DNA of 64,000 nt from Lama glama (lineage: Eukaryota), in assembly GCA_028534125.1 (NCBI GenBank), contig CM052848.1, positions 9,672,001 through 9,736,000 on the forward strand, read 5' to 3'. The position numbers and the translations under genes are program-made. The stretch's first letter is position 1; the number at the start of each line of letters is the position of its first letter. Shown here piece after piece: positions 24,881 through 38,069 of this stretch. The notes beneath the pieces were generated by a model that saw only the letters and a program-made list of their open reading frames with translations, did not search any database and was not told the origin of the DNA.

Positions 24881-25519
24881 CTTTCAGAGGACTTTCTTCC
24901 TCCTGCAGTTTTAACCAGCTGAGCACTTGATTTCATTCTTGTGGCAGGCAGGATATGACTGGCTTTCCCTCCATTTCAAGTGGAGCAGTGGGGAGCTGGG
25001 GCATCTCAAGAATTAAAAGGATTCATTGCTCACACCTTTTCCACTCTGATCTTCCTTGGCCTCAGATTTGCTGCTGTTTCCTCACCTCACCCCTGGTCCT
25101 GGCTCTGGGCCCAGATGGGTGGCTTTCTATCCCTCGGAGTTGGGAGCCTGTGTTTGCTTCCATCAGGGGTTGTTCATTGACTTCTTCCAGGCCCACCTGC
25201 CTCCCGGGTCAGAGCGAGGTGGGTGAGGAGAAATGCATTAACCCTCTGCCCCTGAGGCTCCGACTGGTGGCACCTCAACTTGAGAGTCACAGCCCGTGCT
25301 GGTGAAGGTCAGAGCCAGGCTAGGGCAGTTATTCTGGAATCAGTGGAACAGCTGGCCTTGAAGAATGGAGGTGTCAGCATAAATGGGGGAGGGCGGAGAG
25401 AGGACAGCGAGGCCCATTTGGTAGCCTATCACGGTTCCCCGGAAGTACAGAAGGGCCCAGAGCCCTCCCTAAGCCACCTGGCATCGTGCACGAGCTGTGT
25501 CACCTGAATACCCACTACA

Positions 25520-25635
25520 TCCATTAAGTTCAGCACATCTTTATTGACCACCTACTATGTGCCGAGTACCCTACCAGGCTCATGTTATAAAGATGAGAAA
25601 GATGCAGTCCCTGCCTTCAAAGAGAGACATACGAA
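25520..25635 (-). mobile_element. L2 LINE 3' end
   Basis: TTTATTGACCACCTACTATGTGCC...GTCCCTGCCTTCAA. Confidence 0.75.
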
Positions 25636-26864
25636 GGGGACATTTCAGCCCCATGAGGTGGATGCTTCAAGAGTGACATGCCCGGAGCATCCCAGGAGCC
25701 TCGGACACATACCTGGGCTGTCCTGCCTGCCTCGGGGAGTGACATCTCCCCACCACCGACCCCAGGAAGGAGTCAATACCTGTCATTTCAAACCATGATA
25801 TGGAGGGGAAATACTTTTTTTGAAAGCCTGAATTTTCAGGAAATAACTTAGGCCAGTCTCCCCAGGGGCACCTTTTGCCTGTGGAAACCTGCTTGTTCAA
25901 GTGCTCATTACACCCAAGCACCCACCCTGTCCCCGGCTGCCTTCCTGTGCGTGTCCCTCCCTCTCTTCACCAGCAGACTCGTCTGCCTGGGCTGGTGAGG
26001 GCTAACGGCTGGGCAGTGAAGGGTCTGATTTTGACATACTGGTTCTGCTCACAGCCGCCAAGAACATTCAGAGTGGGGCCAGGTGGGAGAGGAAAACATG
26101 TTTTTTCATTATTTTACCTATAAGATTCATTTGAAGTGAGGGAAATAGGTCTGTTGCCCTAACTAGCTAGTTAGATGAGAACAAATTCCTCATTAATTCT
26201 AAGTACGTCAAATGGAGAAGATGGTTAAAGTGAGAAAGGCTGATGACAGCCGTTTCTGGAAACAGAGCAAGGCACACACAGGAAACGGGATGGGTCTCCT
26301 GTAGGCTCTCAGCATAAACAGAGCTGCCCTCACCAGCTCTGCAAGGAAGGTGGGCTCTGGAGGGCCACGGGGCAGGGGTACCAGGGGTTCTCCCTCACTC
26401 GGCAGGGTCCAGTGCTGCCTGGTCAGCGGGTGATTACTACACGGTGATTAGGACTTGGCTCCGGTGAAACAGGAACGAGAGACGACATACTGCAGGATCT
26501 TGGCATCCGCCTAAGCGGCCTTGGGAGGCGTAGGTGTCAATAAGGGAGCCTGAGCCACTTAGTGATCACATCCGGCCATCCCCGGGCCGGTTGCAGAGCT
26601 GCTGGCCTGTGTTAACTCATTTGTCTTCTCGCTACTCTGTAAAGCAGGCAGGTCTGTGGTGTGTTCAGGAAGTGGATGCTGCTTGGTTCCTCAGGGCAGC
26701 TTAGAAGTCCAGCCCCTGGTGGCATCCTCAGAGTGCTGTGTGGCTTAGAGGGTGGCCCTCAGTCCCTGCGAAAGGGGCAAGAAAGGTGCGAGGAGGGCAT
26801 ATCAGCAGGAGAGGGGCCAGGGTCAGAGGAAAGCTGGGACTGTAGATTCCAGCCTCTTTTCCAG

Positions 26865-27292
26865 CCCCTTCGGAGGAAGACCTCCAGTCTTCCCCACTCT
26901 CAGTCCAGACGATTCAGTCAGGAGTGGGCATGTGACCCAGACCAGACCAATCAGAACAGTCCATGCTCCTGGCCATGTGACCCAAGCTGAACCAATCAGA
27001 ACCCATCTAGGACTTCTCTGGAGATCTTGGAAAAGAGATGCTTTTTATGGGGTTGCTAAGCTGTTGGAATATAAGTTACTTCACCATCATTTGGGAAGAG
27101 TCTGGGAATAAAACCAATGCAAAAGAAGGCAGGGCTGAAATGAAGAGAGATGAACTCCTGACAACATGGTTTTAGTTCCTGGGTCAAGCTATGCCTGAAA
27201 CCCTTGGGTTTCAGTTACCTGAGCCAATGCTACATTTTTCCTTAATAAGCTTGGGTTCGATTTCTATAATTTACAACCAAAAAACTTCTTTT
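26865..27292 (+). mobile_element. MLT1K/L-type MaLR LTR
   Basis: GGGCATGTGACCC...CCAATCAGA twice; AAGCTATGCCTGAA; TCAGTTACCTGAGCCAAT. Confidence 0.75.
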
Positions 27293-27584
27293 CAATAATC
27301 TACATATATAATCATGGACACCTTGTATTTTGGAGATTTAATTTCCTCACAGGTAAAACGGAAATAATAATGCCCCACCTGTAGTTAATGAAGAGACCCA
27401 GATATATGACCAAAGGTATAATATTTCCTTGGCCACATTAACCATTTTTGCCCTAGTTTCCTCTTGTGAAGCCAACAAGACTGTTCAACCTCCTGGGAAT
27501 GGGAGCAATTTAGATAATGGATATGCAAAGGAATCTGTACACTTCTATGGAAATATTTTTCCCCAAGGGTAATGACTGCACTTT

Positions 27585-29471
27585 TAAGAAACTTTAAAAT
27601 CTGAGATGATGTTAGATTCACGTGCACTGATAAGAAGCTATACAGAGAGACTCCACATCCTTCTCCCAGGTTCTCCCAGTGGTAACATCTTACATAACTA
27701 TAGCATAATGATATTACAGTGAGAAAATTGGCATTGATGCAATACAATGAACTTGCTCAAATTTCACTGCTTTGACGTGCACAGTTGTGTGTGTTTGTGT
27801 GTACTTAGTGCTATGCAGTGTGTAGATTTGCATGACTACCACCACAGTCAGACTACAGAACAGTGCATCATAAGGACGTTTTTGACCCATCACCTCTCCT
27901 CCCGCCAGACTCCTAGCAGCCACTGATCTGTTCCATCTCTCTAATTTGATAATTTCAAGAATATTCTATAAATAGAATAATTATAACATGTAACCTTTTG
28001 AGATCAGCTCCTTTTACCCAATGTAACTCTGCTAAGATCCATCCAACTTGTTTATCAGTATTTCTTCCTTTTTATTGCTGAGTAGTACTCCATGGTATGG
28101 GTGTGCCACGGTTTACTTAATCATTCACATATTGAAGGACATCTGAATTTTTCCCAGTTTTGTGCCCTTAACAAATAAAGCTGCTATGAATATTTTGTGT
28201 GCAAGTTTTTTGTGACCATAGGCTTTCATTTCTCGGGGATAAATGCCCAAGATTATGACTGCTGGATAGTATGTTAAGTCCATTTTCAGTTTTAAAAGAA
28301 ATTGCCAAATTATTTTCCAAAATGGCTGAATCACTTTACATTCTGCTAGCAGGGTATAAGAGATCCAATTTCTCTGCATTCTTACCAGCATTTGATGTTA
28401 CTACTACTATATTTTATTTTAGCCATTCTGGCAGGTGTGTGATGATACCTCATTGTATTTTTTTAAATAGAGGTCCTGGGAATGAAAACCAGGACTTCAT
28501 GCATGCTAAGTGTCTACACTGAGCTATACCCACCCCCATTGTAGCTTTAATTGACATTTTTTTCTAGTGGCTAATGATGCTGAATATTTTTTCATGTGCT
28601 TATTTGCCATCTGTATATTCTCTTCAGTGAAATATCTGTGCATGTCTTTTACCATTTTTGTCCGTCTTCTAATTAGATTCTTGAGTTTTAAGAGTTGTTA
28701 TATAGTCAGATATTCATCCTTAGTCAAGTTTGTGATTTGCAAATCTTTTCTCCCAGTCTGTAGCTTGTTTTTTCATCCCTTAAACACGAGCTGTCACAGA
28801 GCAAAGGTTTTTCATTTTGATGAGGTCCAATTTGTCAGTTTTCCCTTTCGTGCATCGTGCTTTTGGTGTCAAGTTAAGACCTCTTTGCATAGTTCTAGTT
28901 CCTGAAGATTTTCTTCTGTTTTCTAAAAGTTCAGAGTTTTGCATATTGCTTCAAAAATCCATGATCCATTTTGAGTTAATTTTGTATAAAGTGTGAGGTT
29001 TGGGTCACTTTTCATTTTTTTGACCTACAAATGTCCAGTTGCTCCAGCATGATTTGTCGAAAAGTCTGTCTTCTATTGAATTGCCTTTGCATCTTGTCAA
29101 AAATTCGTTAGCATATTTGTGGGTCTGTTTCTGAGTTCACTGTTGTTCTGTGTCTCTCCCTCTGCCACTGCCACACTTTCTTGATCACTGTACTTACATA
29201 CAAGCCTTAATAACGGGTAGAAGGATTCCTTCCACTTTATTCTTTGTCAGGATGATTTTAGCTATTCTGGGGCCTGTGCTTTACCATATGAAACTTAGAA
29301 TAAGATTGTCTTAGTGGTCTCATCTACCTTTCTGGGGAAACCTTGCTTTGATTTTGAGAGCAATTGCCTTAAACCTATAAATCAAGTTAGAGAGAATTGA
29401 CATCTTTACTATATTGACTGTTCCAATCCATGACCACAGTATGGCTTCCCATAAATTTAGGTCTCCTGTGA
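27585..29471 (-). mobile_element. Old L1 (L1MC-like) 3' UTR and ORF2 C-terminal remnant
   Basis: Minus-strand peptides MQRNWISYTLLAECKVIQPFWK...ILGIYPREMK and GDLNLWEAILWSWIGTVNIVKMSIL match L1 ORF2. Confidence 0.9.
28458..28536 (-). mobile_element. Vic-1-type SINE nested in L1
   Basis: Antisense ...CATGCTAAG...CACTGAGCTATACCC; TSD CATTGTA at 28451-28457 and 28537-28543. Confidence 0.85.
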
Positions 29472-29748
29472 ACTTATTTACAAAACAGAAACAGATTCAC
29501 AGACAGATTCACAGACAGGTTGGTTACCAGGGAGGAAAGGGATAAACTGGGAGTTCGAGATTTGCAGATACACACTACTATATGTAAAATAGATAAACAT
29601 ATAGCACAGGGAACTATATTCAATATCTTATAGTAACCTATAATGAAAAGGAATATATGTATGTATATGGATGACTGAAACATCATGCTGTACACCAGAA
29701 ATTGACACAACATTACAAACTGACTATATATCAATTAAAAAGAAAAAA
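29469..29748 (+). mobile_element. Young artiodactyl/camelid L1 3' end
   Basis: GAACTTATTTACAAAACAGAAAC...ATAGCACAGGGAACTATATTC...A-tail; 12-bp internal tandem ACAGATTCACAG; no TSD found. Confidence 0.88.
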
Positions 29749-30390
29749 CTCTGGAAACTTCTTTCTCTAAGTTTAGAACAGCAGAAAGAGCAAAGAGCGT
29801 AGGAAACACTTCAGGAGAACGTGCTGCTTCAATGCCACAGAGTGAGGGGGAGTTTACTTGCAGTGAGAAGTGGGCCTTGATGTCTCTGGGCTCAACGTGG
29901 TGGCGGGGGTCAGCATGGGGGGCCAAGGCCCAGGCTGCCTGTGCTGAGCACGGACCCCTCTTAACAGGCGCTCTGGATGGCCATGTGAATTAAGTGTAAT
30001 GAGAGCGTGTCTGCAGAAATGTGCCCCTGGGAAATCCCTGTGAACCCTCACATACAACACTTCCAGAGAAACTAGACTTAGGTTTAAGCTGAGAACACTT
30101 ACCCTGGGTTAAGACCCTGGGCTTCCATAATTATTCTATTTTAGGCATAGACTGATCACCATCATGCTAGGAAGTGAAATCCATCTTCTCTAGCTCAGTT
30201 TTCTGAGCATGAGCTACCTTTTTGGTTTCCTGAAAAAAAAAATCTTAGGACCAGCTCAAAACCACTAAAAAAATGACACATTTATGGGGGCGAGGTGGGG
30301 ATGTTTCTTCCTGTCTTAAGGGAATTTCTTAGAGTCATAGAATCTCAGATTTGGAAGTTGCTTTAAAGACCGTCTAGTCTAGATGAGATG

Positions 30391-30546
30391 AGGATCATCC
30401 GGGGGAATGTGTGAAAAACATTAGTGCCTGCTCCCCAACACTTCCGAAGATTCTGATTTTAAACGACCGCAGTTGGAGCCTGGGCGTCTGTGTGTCTGAG
30501 AAGCTCCCCCGGCGAATCCATGGGCAGCGGAGGTCGAGGAGAACTG
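30391..30546. mobile_element. MER5-type hAT element
   Basis: AGATTCTGATT...GGAGCCTGGGC...AAGCTCCCC...GAGAACTG. Confidence 0.65.
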
Positions 30547-31948
30547 ATGGAGCCCAGCCTCTCCCCCAGGCTTCAGTCTTAAAAGGTTCAGTCACAGGAT
30601 TTCTGAGCTTATTGTCCTGCATGGTGGGGCCTCCTGTCCCAGAATCTCACTTCCCCGCAAGGTAGCCCCGATCTAGTTTTGGTCACCTGTTAGGAACACC
30701 TCTGCATGTCAAGATGTACTTCTGTTCTCCTCTGCTCCCCACCTGGTCCTTCTTCCTCAGGCCAGCTCCTCAGATACTAAAACCCTGTGCTTCCAGAGCC
30801 TCCTTCACTCCACAGCAGTCCTCAGATGACTCATGGACTCAAGGCCCTGGTGGACTTCAGTTTGTCAGTCTAGCCTTCTTGTAGGTCTGCTCTTGGGAAT
30901 GATAAATTGGAAGCTGATCTAGTAGGTGAGGCCGGAGCTCTGGGCAGACATGTCCCATTGAGCTCTGGGCCTCTTGCCTTGCAGGGTGCGGAGTAGGGAC
31001 CCCGGAGCACAGGGCTGAGGGTGGGAGCACCCCTTGCCCGGGCCTCAGGCTGGCACTGAAGCTGCCGGCCAGGCAGGGGCAGTCATGCTGATTTGCTCAG
31101 GTTACTGAGGGGAGTTGGTTTCAGAGCTGTTGTTCTGCCAGCAAGTTGGTGACGTGGGCCAGGCCTCCTTGGTAGCATCCCAGGAGCTGTCACACCATCA
31201 CTCACCCCCTCCTTCCCTCTCTGACCCACTACTTCCAATATCCCAGGCCTCCTCAGGATGTGAAATGTTGAGGGGGAGGTCTCACTCTCTCTGATGAACA
31301 GAGCTGCTCGTCATAAACTCCCCGATTTCTCAAAAACACGTTCTTAGGCCCACAGTGGAATCGGACTCTCACCCCACCCCCTTGCCCTCCCCAGGGACAT
31401 CTCTGACACCATGCAGAACCAGCACTGCAGCCAGACCTGGCCTTGATGGCATGGGTGCCTTCCTGTGTTCCCTTATTCCTGCTCGGGTGACTCCATGGAC
31501 GGCCCATCAGAGGACAAAACGTTACTTTTCATGTCAGTTCAGCAGCTGGATTTGGGCTGGTATCTCAAATGCTGTTGCTGTAGTTGCTGGATAATCCGTT
31601 TGCTCACTTACCAGCGATTTCTAAGGCTCTTGTGGAAATCATTGTTAGTCACCCTGTATTTAGCCTTGAGCTGAACCAATTTGATGGCTTCAAAGCAGGG
31701 AGAGGAGGGAGGGAAGGAGGGAGAGAGAAGAGAGAGGGCTATTTGGATAAGGATGCACTTTTCCAAAATTTTCCCTTGAAAAAATACTAGTGCAAATTCC
31801 AGAGATGGATGTGATTTTTGATAACAGATGCAGTCAAAGAAAATTATTTCAAATCACATTTTATGGCTAACTGACCATACAGTGACAAGCTCCTCCCCAC
31901 GCCATTTGATTCAAATTACCATGGGAACAGGCAGCATCTTCAGAGAGG

Positions 31949-31996
31949 TGCGTCAGGAAAAGCACTTCCGGCAGCCCGTAGCTTCTGCCCCCGCCC
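31949..31996 (-). promoter_or_regulatory. CRE-like + ETS/GABP + GC-box cluster
   Basis: TGCGTCA 31949-31955, CACTTCCGG 31963-31971, CCCCGCCC 31989-31996. Confidence 0.3.
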
Positions 31997-32357
31997 TGCC
32001 CTCCCCCAGGACTCAGCCTTTCGCTGAGTTATTCATCCAGGGTCTCCAGATGAGGCCCCTGTGTCTAAGGGTAAGGGCACTTTGGGGTCCTTGGGTAGGA
32101 CTGGCAGATCAGCGACCCTAGCTCAGGCTGAGCTCAGATTGGGACAACACCATCTGATTGTAGTCTTTCTCTGGCTTTTACACCTAAGAGCTCAAGGGAG
32201 TCCCACCTGGCAAATATACTCAAAGCAGACCTTCCTTCCTCCTGCCCCCTCCCAGCCCCCAGCTTAATAACTATAAAGTGTATTTTTTTCCTCTTATGTA
32301 TTCAGTTAATTTGTATTACTTTAATTAGTTTCAACCCCTGTGTAATGTGCAGATCTT

Positions 32358-32857
32358 NNNNNNNNNNNNNNNNNNNNNNNNNNNNNNNNNNNNNNNNNNN
32401 NNNNNNNNNNNNNNNNNNNNNNNNNNNNNNNNNNNNNNNNNNNNNNNNNNNNNNNNNNNNNNNNNNNNNNNNNNNNNNNNNNNNNNNNNNNNNNNNNNNN
32501 NNNNNNNNNNNNNNNNNNNNNNNNNNNNNNNNNNNNNNNNNNNNNNNNNNNNNNNNNNNNNNNNNNNNNNNNNNNNNNNNNNNNNNNNNNNNNNNNNNNN
32601 NNNNNNNNNNNNNNNNNNNNNNNNNNNNNNNNNNNNNNNNNNNNNNNNNNNNNNNNNNNNNNNNNNNNNNNNNNNNNNNNNNNNNNNNNNNNNNNNNNNN
32701 NNNNNNNNNNNNNNNNNNNNNNNNNNNNNNNNNNNNNNNNNNNNNNNNNNNNNNNNNNNNNNNNNNNNNNNNNNNNNNNNNNNNNNNNNNNNNNNNNNNN
32801 NNNNNNNNNNNNNNNNNNNNNNNNNNNNNNNNNNNNNNNNNNNNNNNNNNNNNNNNN
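32358..32857. other. Assembly gap (500 N)
   Basis: N run. Confidence 1.
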
Positions 32858-34086
32858 GCGAGTCCCAAGTGTTATTAATATCTTTGAATCACTCTGTAGT
32901 TCTATAAATACCTTTCCTAGCTGTTATTTTTTCCCCTTATCTCGCTGAAATGTAAGTCAGCAAGGAAGTTATGAATGACCAGCTCCCTTATTCTCTGCTC
33001 CGTAATTAAGGAAGTGCCAGGTCAGAGCCCTGCTGAGGAAGGAGGGGTGGGTTAGCGCAGCAGGCAGTGCGAAGGCAGGAGCCTGCCCGCCACCCAGGTG
33101 CCTCCTGGAGAGAGTCATGGAAGCAACTGGACCCAGAGGAGCAGAGCTGGGTACCCAAAGGCTGACGGTATAGCCAATCTCAGTCCGTGAGGATTCTCCT
33201 CGTTGGTTGTTAGTCTTGCCAGTTTCCCAGCCTGGCAAGCACTTTGTTTTAGGTCTTAGCGTTTCATCAGCATCTCTTTTCGCTTACCCAGGCCTACCAG
33301 AATCCGCCAGCCAGCATTTCAGTTGTACCCCAGTTTCTTTATTTTAAGTTGGAGAAGGAATAGCTTCAGCACAATTTGATCCTTTACAGAAATCCAATGT
33401 CTTAAGACCAAGGACAGGAAATCTTGTAAAACTACTCCGTCTCTAATCCCATGGATTTTGAAAGACCTTACAACGTGAAAAGTGCTGTTAGGAAAAAATG
33501 TAATTTCTGGAAAAAAAAGAAACCTAGTGCATTTGTTTTCTTTGACCAACAAGATGACTTCTCCCTTAATTACTCCCAGTTCTTAGAAAGAGAACTGTAG
33601 TCAGTCACCAAAACAAAGTATTGAAAGAAGCTGTGAAGGACCCTTCTCTGAGGGAGGTCTGTGAACACCAGGGGTTTTGGGATTAACCAGACACGAGTTC
33701 AGATTCAACTCTGCCCTCTTCACATCCTTCTCACATGTTTCTAGCAGAGACATGGGGGCCCAGAGATCCTTTGGTAGAGCCAAGGTTGGACCCTGTCACA
33801 GCTCCTGACCACGTGACTACACTGAGCATTTAGAAGCCAGTAAGAAACCTGTCTGTAAAATCTGAGCCACATGGGCCCTTCTCTTGCCTCATCAGCAAGT
33901 TAAGTCCAAGGAGACAGGACAGCAGAGGTGCCAGCTCTAGAATGCCACTAAACATGGCCCTTGTAGAGGAGTTACTTGGTTTCTCTCATCCTTGACATTA
34001 GCAAGGACCCCTTACATGGGAACAGGGTTATGTTCCAACTGGCAAGAAACTGCCTGAATAGGAAAATAATGCAAAAGGCGTGACCT

Positions 34087-34250
34087 GGGAACTTCCAGAA
34101 TGGCAGAGTGAGGAGCTCAGTGGGCCTTCTTCCCAACAAAACTGCATTTAACTGGAGAAAACTGGCAAACAACAATTATCCAAAACCCTCTGAAAACTGC
34201 CATAAAGGCATATAGAAAATGAAAGATATTAATTCAAGAAACCCATGAAT
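34087..34250 (+). mobile_element. Old L1 5' end fragment
   Basis: GGGAACTTCC...AATGGCAGAGTGAGGAGCTC resembles L1M 5' termini. Confidence 0.45.
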
Positions 34251-36720
34251 ATCCACACCAGTGGTTCCTCCACCACCCAGCCTTATGCCTTGGGACCTTC
34301 AATCCCCAGGGTCAGATCCTGCATCTCCACTCCCACAAGTATGGTCACCTAGACCTTCTCCCCTCAGGGAGCCACTGCTCTTGTTGCATTCCCTCTCTTG
34401 CTTAGCCTTCTTCCTTCCAGCCCCACCAAACCTGCCCATCTCACCACCTTCATCCCTCTTCAACACTGGTAAACCACCATCTTAGGAGAGGAAGCTCTGA
34501 GAGGCTGAGATCTACTGTACATATCTGGGTCCTCCTTCCCTGACCAGACATTACTTCTCATCCACCGCTCTATCCTAATGCCCACTTGGCCCCTGACCTC
34601 AGTCTTGGCCACTGCTCACTTTGAATAAGACCGCAGATCCTACCTTTTTGGCATGGCCGTTGTGGTTCTCTCTGTAGAGTTTTTGCATATACCCTCAGGC
34701 TCCGTCCTTCCCTGCATCCCACGCATTAACCAGCCCTCCTGCTGGGCCCCAGTCCAGCCCTGTCAGTCTGCACAGCTGGCCTCTCTGCAGGGTGGGATCA
34801 GGCAAAATCTACTCTTCTGTGTCCCACAGATCCCAATCCCTCACCCCCCCATCTAATCAGCTCCCTCAGTGGGTTCTCGTCACCCCCCACGTCATCTTTC
34901 CTTGTCTTGTTTTCCCATTCCTTCCAGCTGCTGTTCCAGTGCCTGACATTTCCCTTCCTCATGGGAGTAGCCTCCCTTCTTACTTAACTCGGGGGAAGCA
35001 TGTAGCGACCTCATAATACACATTCGTGAAAGTGGGACTGCGTGTGTGTCCGGGTGGCAGAGACCTCTGAGCAGGTGGAAGCACTGATGTGGAAGGAAGA
35101 AGCAGCCCTGCGATGCTCACTTCCGGCAGGAGCCTCCATTCCCAGGCCGGCTTCCCCAGTCCTGCTGCAGGAGCAGGAACACAGGAGCCTGGTGCTCAAA
35201 CTCAGCCTGAGACCTTGAAACCCTCATGAGAAGAATAGAGACGCTGGAACCTGGTGAGCAGGTGAGAGGTGGGCTCAGCGGCCAGCAACGTGGCATCTCA
35301 CGGACCACGATTTCTCAGGGTGTGACAGATGGGCTCCTGCTTTTGGCTCCTTGGGGAAAATGTGCGTGGGTTCCTCTGTTAGCCCTGCTCACTACAGGCT
35401 TCAACATTGTTTTCAGGTCAAGTGAGGTACGGGTCTGGGGAGAGGGCCATTCTCTTTCCTTGTGTGGAGACCCCAAGTCCTCCTGGAGCCCGGGGACAGG
35501 AAGCTCTGGGAGCATCTGGGAGCATTATTGTCATCCCTGGTGCTGCTGTTCCCACGCAGGGCACCGGAAGCCTGGCAGTGGCAGGTGCATTTCGTGACAG
35601 TGTCACCGATACTGCTTTCTAACCACAGATGAGCCACAACACAGATCAGCCAACGTGAGACCAAAATTCTGACTGTAACTTTAATGGGAAAAAACTTTAC
35701 CTTAGTTAAAGGCTTTCAAACTCATCTGTTCTCTAGGTAATTACCTGTTATATTACTACTAACTATTGTCCCGATCAAAAAATCGATGCACTGATGGGTG
35801 ATATGTTGTCTCTGTTTCCTGCCAGCCCCGTCACACCGCCCTCTTCCCTTCCTCCACATGCATCAGCAGGTTGGCCATCCGAACCCTTCTGGCATTGTTG
35901 CTTCTCTGTCTGATTCTGTTTCTGACCAACACCCCGGGGGTCACCCACTTATTCCATTTTGAGTTTACCATCCAGGGTGTCAGTTACAGACAGGTTACAG
36001 GTGAGCCTTCAGCATGGGTGACATTTTTGTTCTGTATCCTCATGACAAAAGGCATAATGTGAATTTTGCTGTGGTTTTCCTGCTGATGCCAGGGCGGGAA
36101 AGAGGGTAGAAGTATATCCGTGTTACCAGTCACAGTGCCTCCAGCAAGAACCACTGTAACACCAAAGGCAATTCATTTTCTCACCCTACTTGTGGGCGCA
36201 GGATTTGTTTATTCGTGGAGAGACAAGCACACGGTAGAATATAAAAAGTGAATGCCTGTGAGTCTGCAAAAGGATTTTAAAATGGTGATTACATTCCTAT
36301 TAAAGTTCAGTCTGGATGTCACAGCAGGAAGGCAGAACCACAGAAGTAAATGATGTAGTTTAGAAATAATAGAGCTGCCGTGGGATGAAAGGAGGATGGA
36401 CCCGGAGGGAGCGAAGGGAGGGGAGAGAAAGATGCTGGGGTGTGTGTTGGGGCGACAGGTTAGTGGAGAGACGGCGAGACCTACGGTCACCAAGGCAAGC
36501 CTAACCCCTCTGTGAGAGCCAGTTCCTGAAAGCCTTACCTTTTCTTTCAGAGAAAGAAAATTCTCTTTCAGAAAATTGTAAACCTAATGACTCTGAGGAG
36601 AGAACTGAGAATTGGGGCAGAGAGGGATTCTCTAAATTTGCAGCTGCCTCGAGGTTCTCACTGAATTTCCTAGTGACTCTCTTTCCTTTTCTGTGAAATA
36701 CAGTTTGTAATGAAGAAAAA

Positions 36721-37355
36721 TTTTTAATTGAAGTTAATTAGTCAGTTTACAATGTTGTGTTAACTTCTGGTGTACAGCATAGTGATTCAGTTATGTTTGT
36801 ATATATATTCTTTTTCTTCATAGGTTATTACAGGATGCTGAATATAGTTTCCTGTGCTGTACAGTAGGACCTTGTTGTTTGTCTACTTTATATACAGTAG
36901 TCAGTATCTGCAAATCTCAAACTCCCAATTTATTCCTCCCTAACCACTTTCCCCTCTGGTAACCATAAGTTTATTTCCTGTGTCTGCCTGTTTTGTAAAT
37001 AGTTCATTTGTGTCTTTTTTTTTTTTTAGATTCCACATATAAGTGATATCATATGGTATTTGTCTTTCTCTATCTGACTTACTTCACTTAGTATGTTGAT
37101 CTCCAGGACCACCCATGTTACNNNNNNNNNNNNNNNNNNNNNNNNNNNNNNNNNNNNNNNNNNNNNNNNNNNNNNNNNNNNNNNNNNNNNNNNNNNNNNN
37201 NNNNNNNNNNNNNNNNNNNNNNNNNNNNNNNNNNNNNNNNNNNNNNNNNNNNNNNNNNNNNNNNNNNNNNNNNTGTATCTTTTCAAATTAGAATTTTCTC
37301 CAGATACAAGCCCAGGAGTGGGATTGCCGTGTCATAGGGTAAGTCTATTTTCAGT
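36721..37355 (-). mobile_element. Young artiodactyl/camelid L1 3' end (contains a gap)
   Basis: Minus-strand LEINILSEVSQIEKDKYHMISLICGI is the L1 ORF2 C-terminus; 3' UTR homologous to 29469-29748. Confidence 0.92.
37122..37273. other. Assembly gap (152 N)
   Basis: N run. Confidence 1.
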
Positions 37356-38069
37356 TGAGAAAAAAATTTTGAAATCCTCTGTACCACCTTCGCATAGGTG
37401 GTTCATCTGAGTGGATGCAGAGGTGCCTCCACCACCTTCACTCAAAGGGGAGGGGAGGCTCATGCTGTCAGGATGAAATCAGAATAAGAGGGGTCACTCA
37501 GTCCTGTGGAGAAGTCAGAGGAGGGCCATCCTACTATTGCCTGTGTTTTACTAGGTACGACGCAGGCTCTTTTGATACTAATTGTGACCTTCCATTTGAT
37601 GTAAACTGAGATCCAAGTATAGCATCTTAAGAAACCGTTTCCACCAACCCTTAATTCAGGTGTGTGCTGAGCCTTGACAGTAGGTACTTTCCCCCACTGG
37701 TGTCACCACACACAAATAGCCTTTATAAGTTGCAGGCAGTTCGTGTCCCCCAGCACCCCTCCCCTAGCCCCTGGAAGAGACTGGCCAACCTTCGCTGAAC
37801 CAGCGTGTCTTACCTTTCTCCATACACCCCGTCCTCTCCAAAGGGTGTTCCCAAGAGCATCTTTGTTTAGCCCAAACCCTTGCCATGTCTGAAGGAGAGA
37901 AAAAAGAGAAGTCCTCTTTGCTGTGATCCAGCATAAGATGAGGAAGGGGAAAGGATTCTGTTTCAGTCCAGGTCTGTTTGGATTAGCTGCTGCTCTGAAC
38001 ACGGTCACAGCCATCCAGCTAACAGCATGTGGGACTCAGCTTTCAAGCTGAACTCTGGGGTCCACGATT

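Noticed and set aside
32302-32907. Long ORFs containing X (also at ~37.1, 46.6 and 60.0 kb)
   Set aside because: Artefacts of translating through N gaps.
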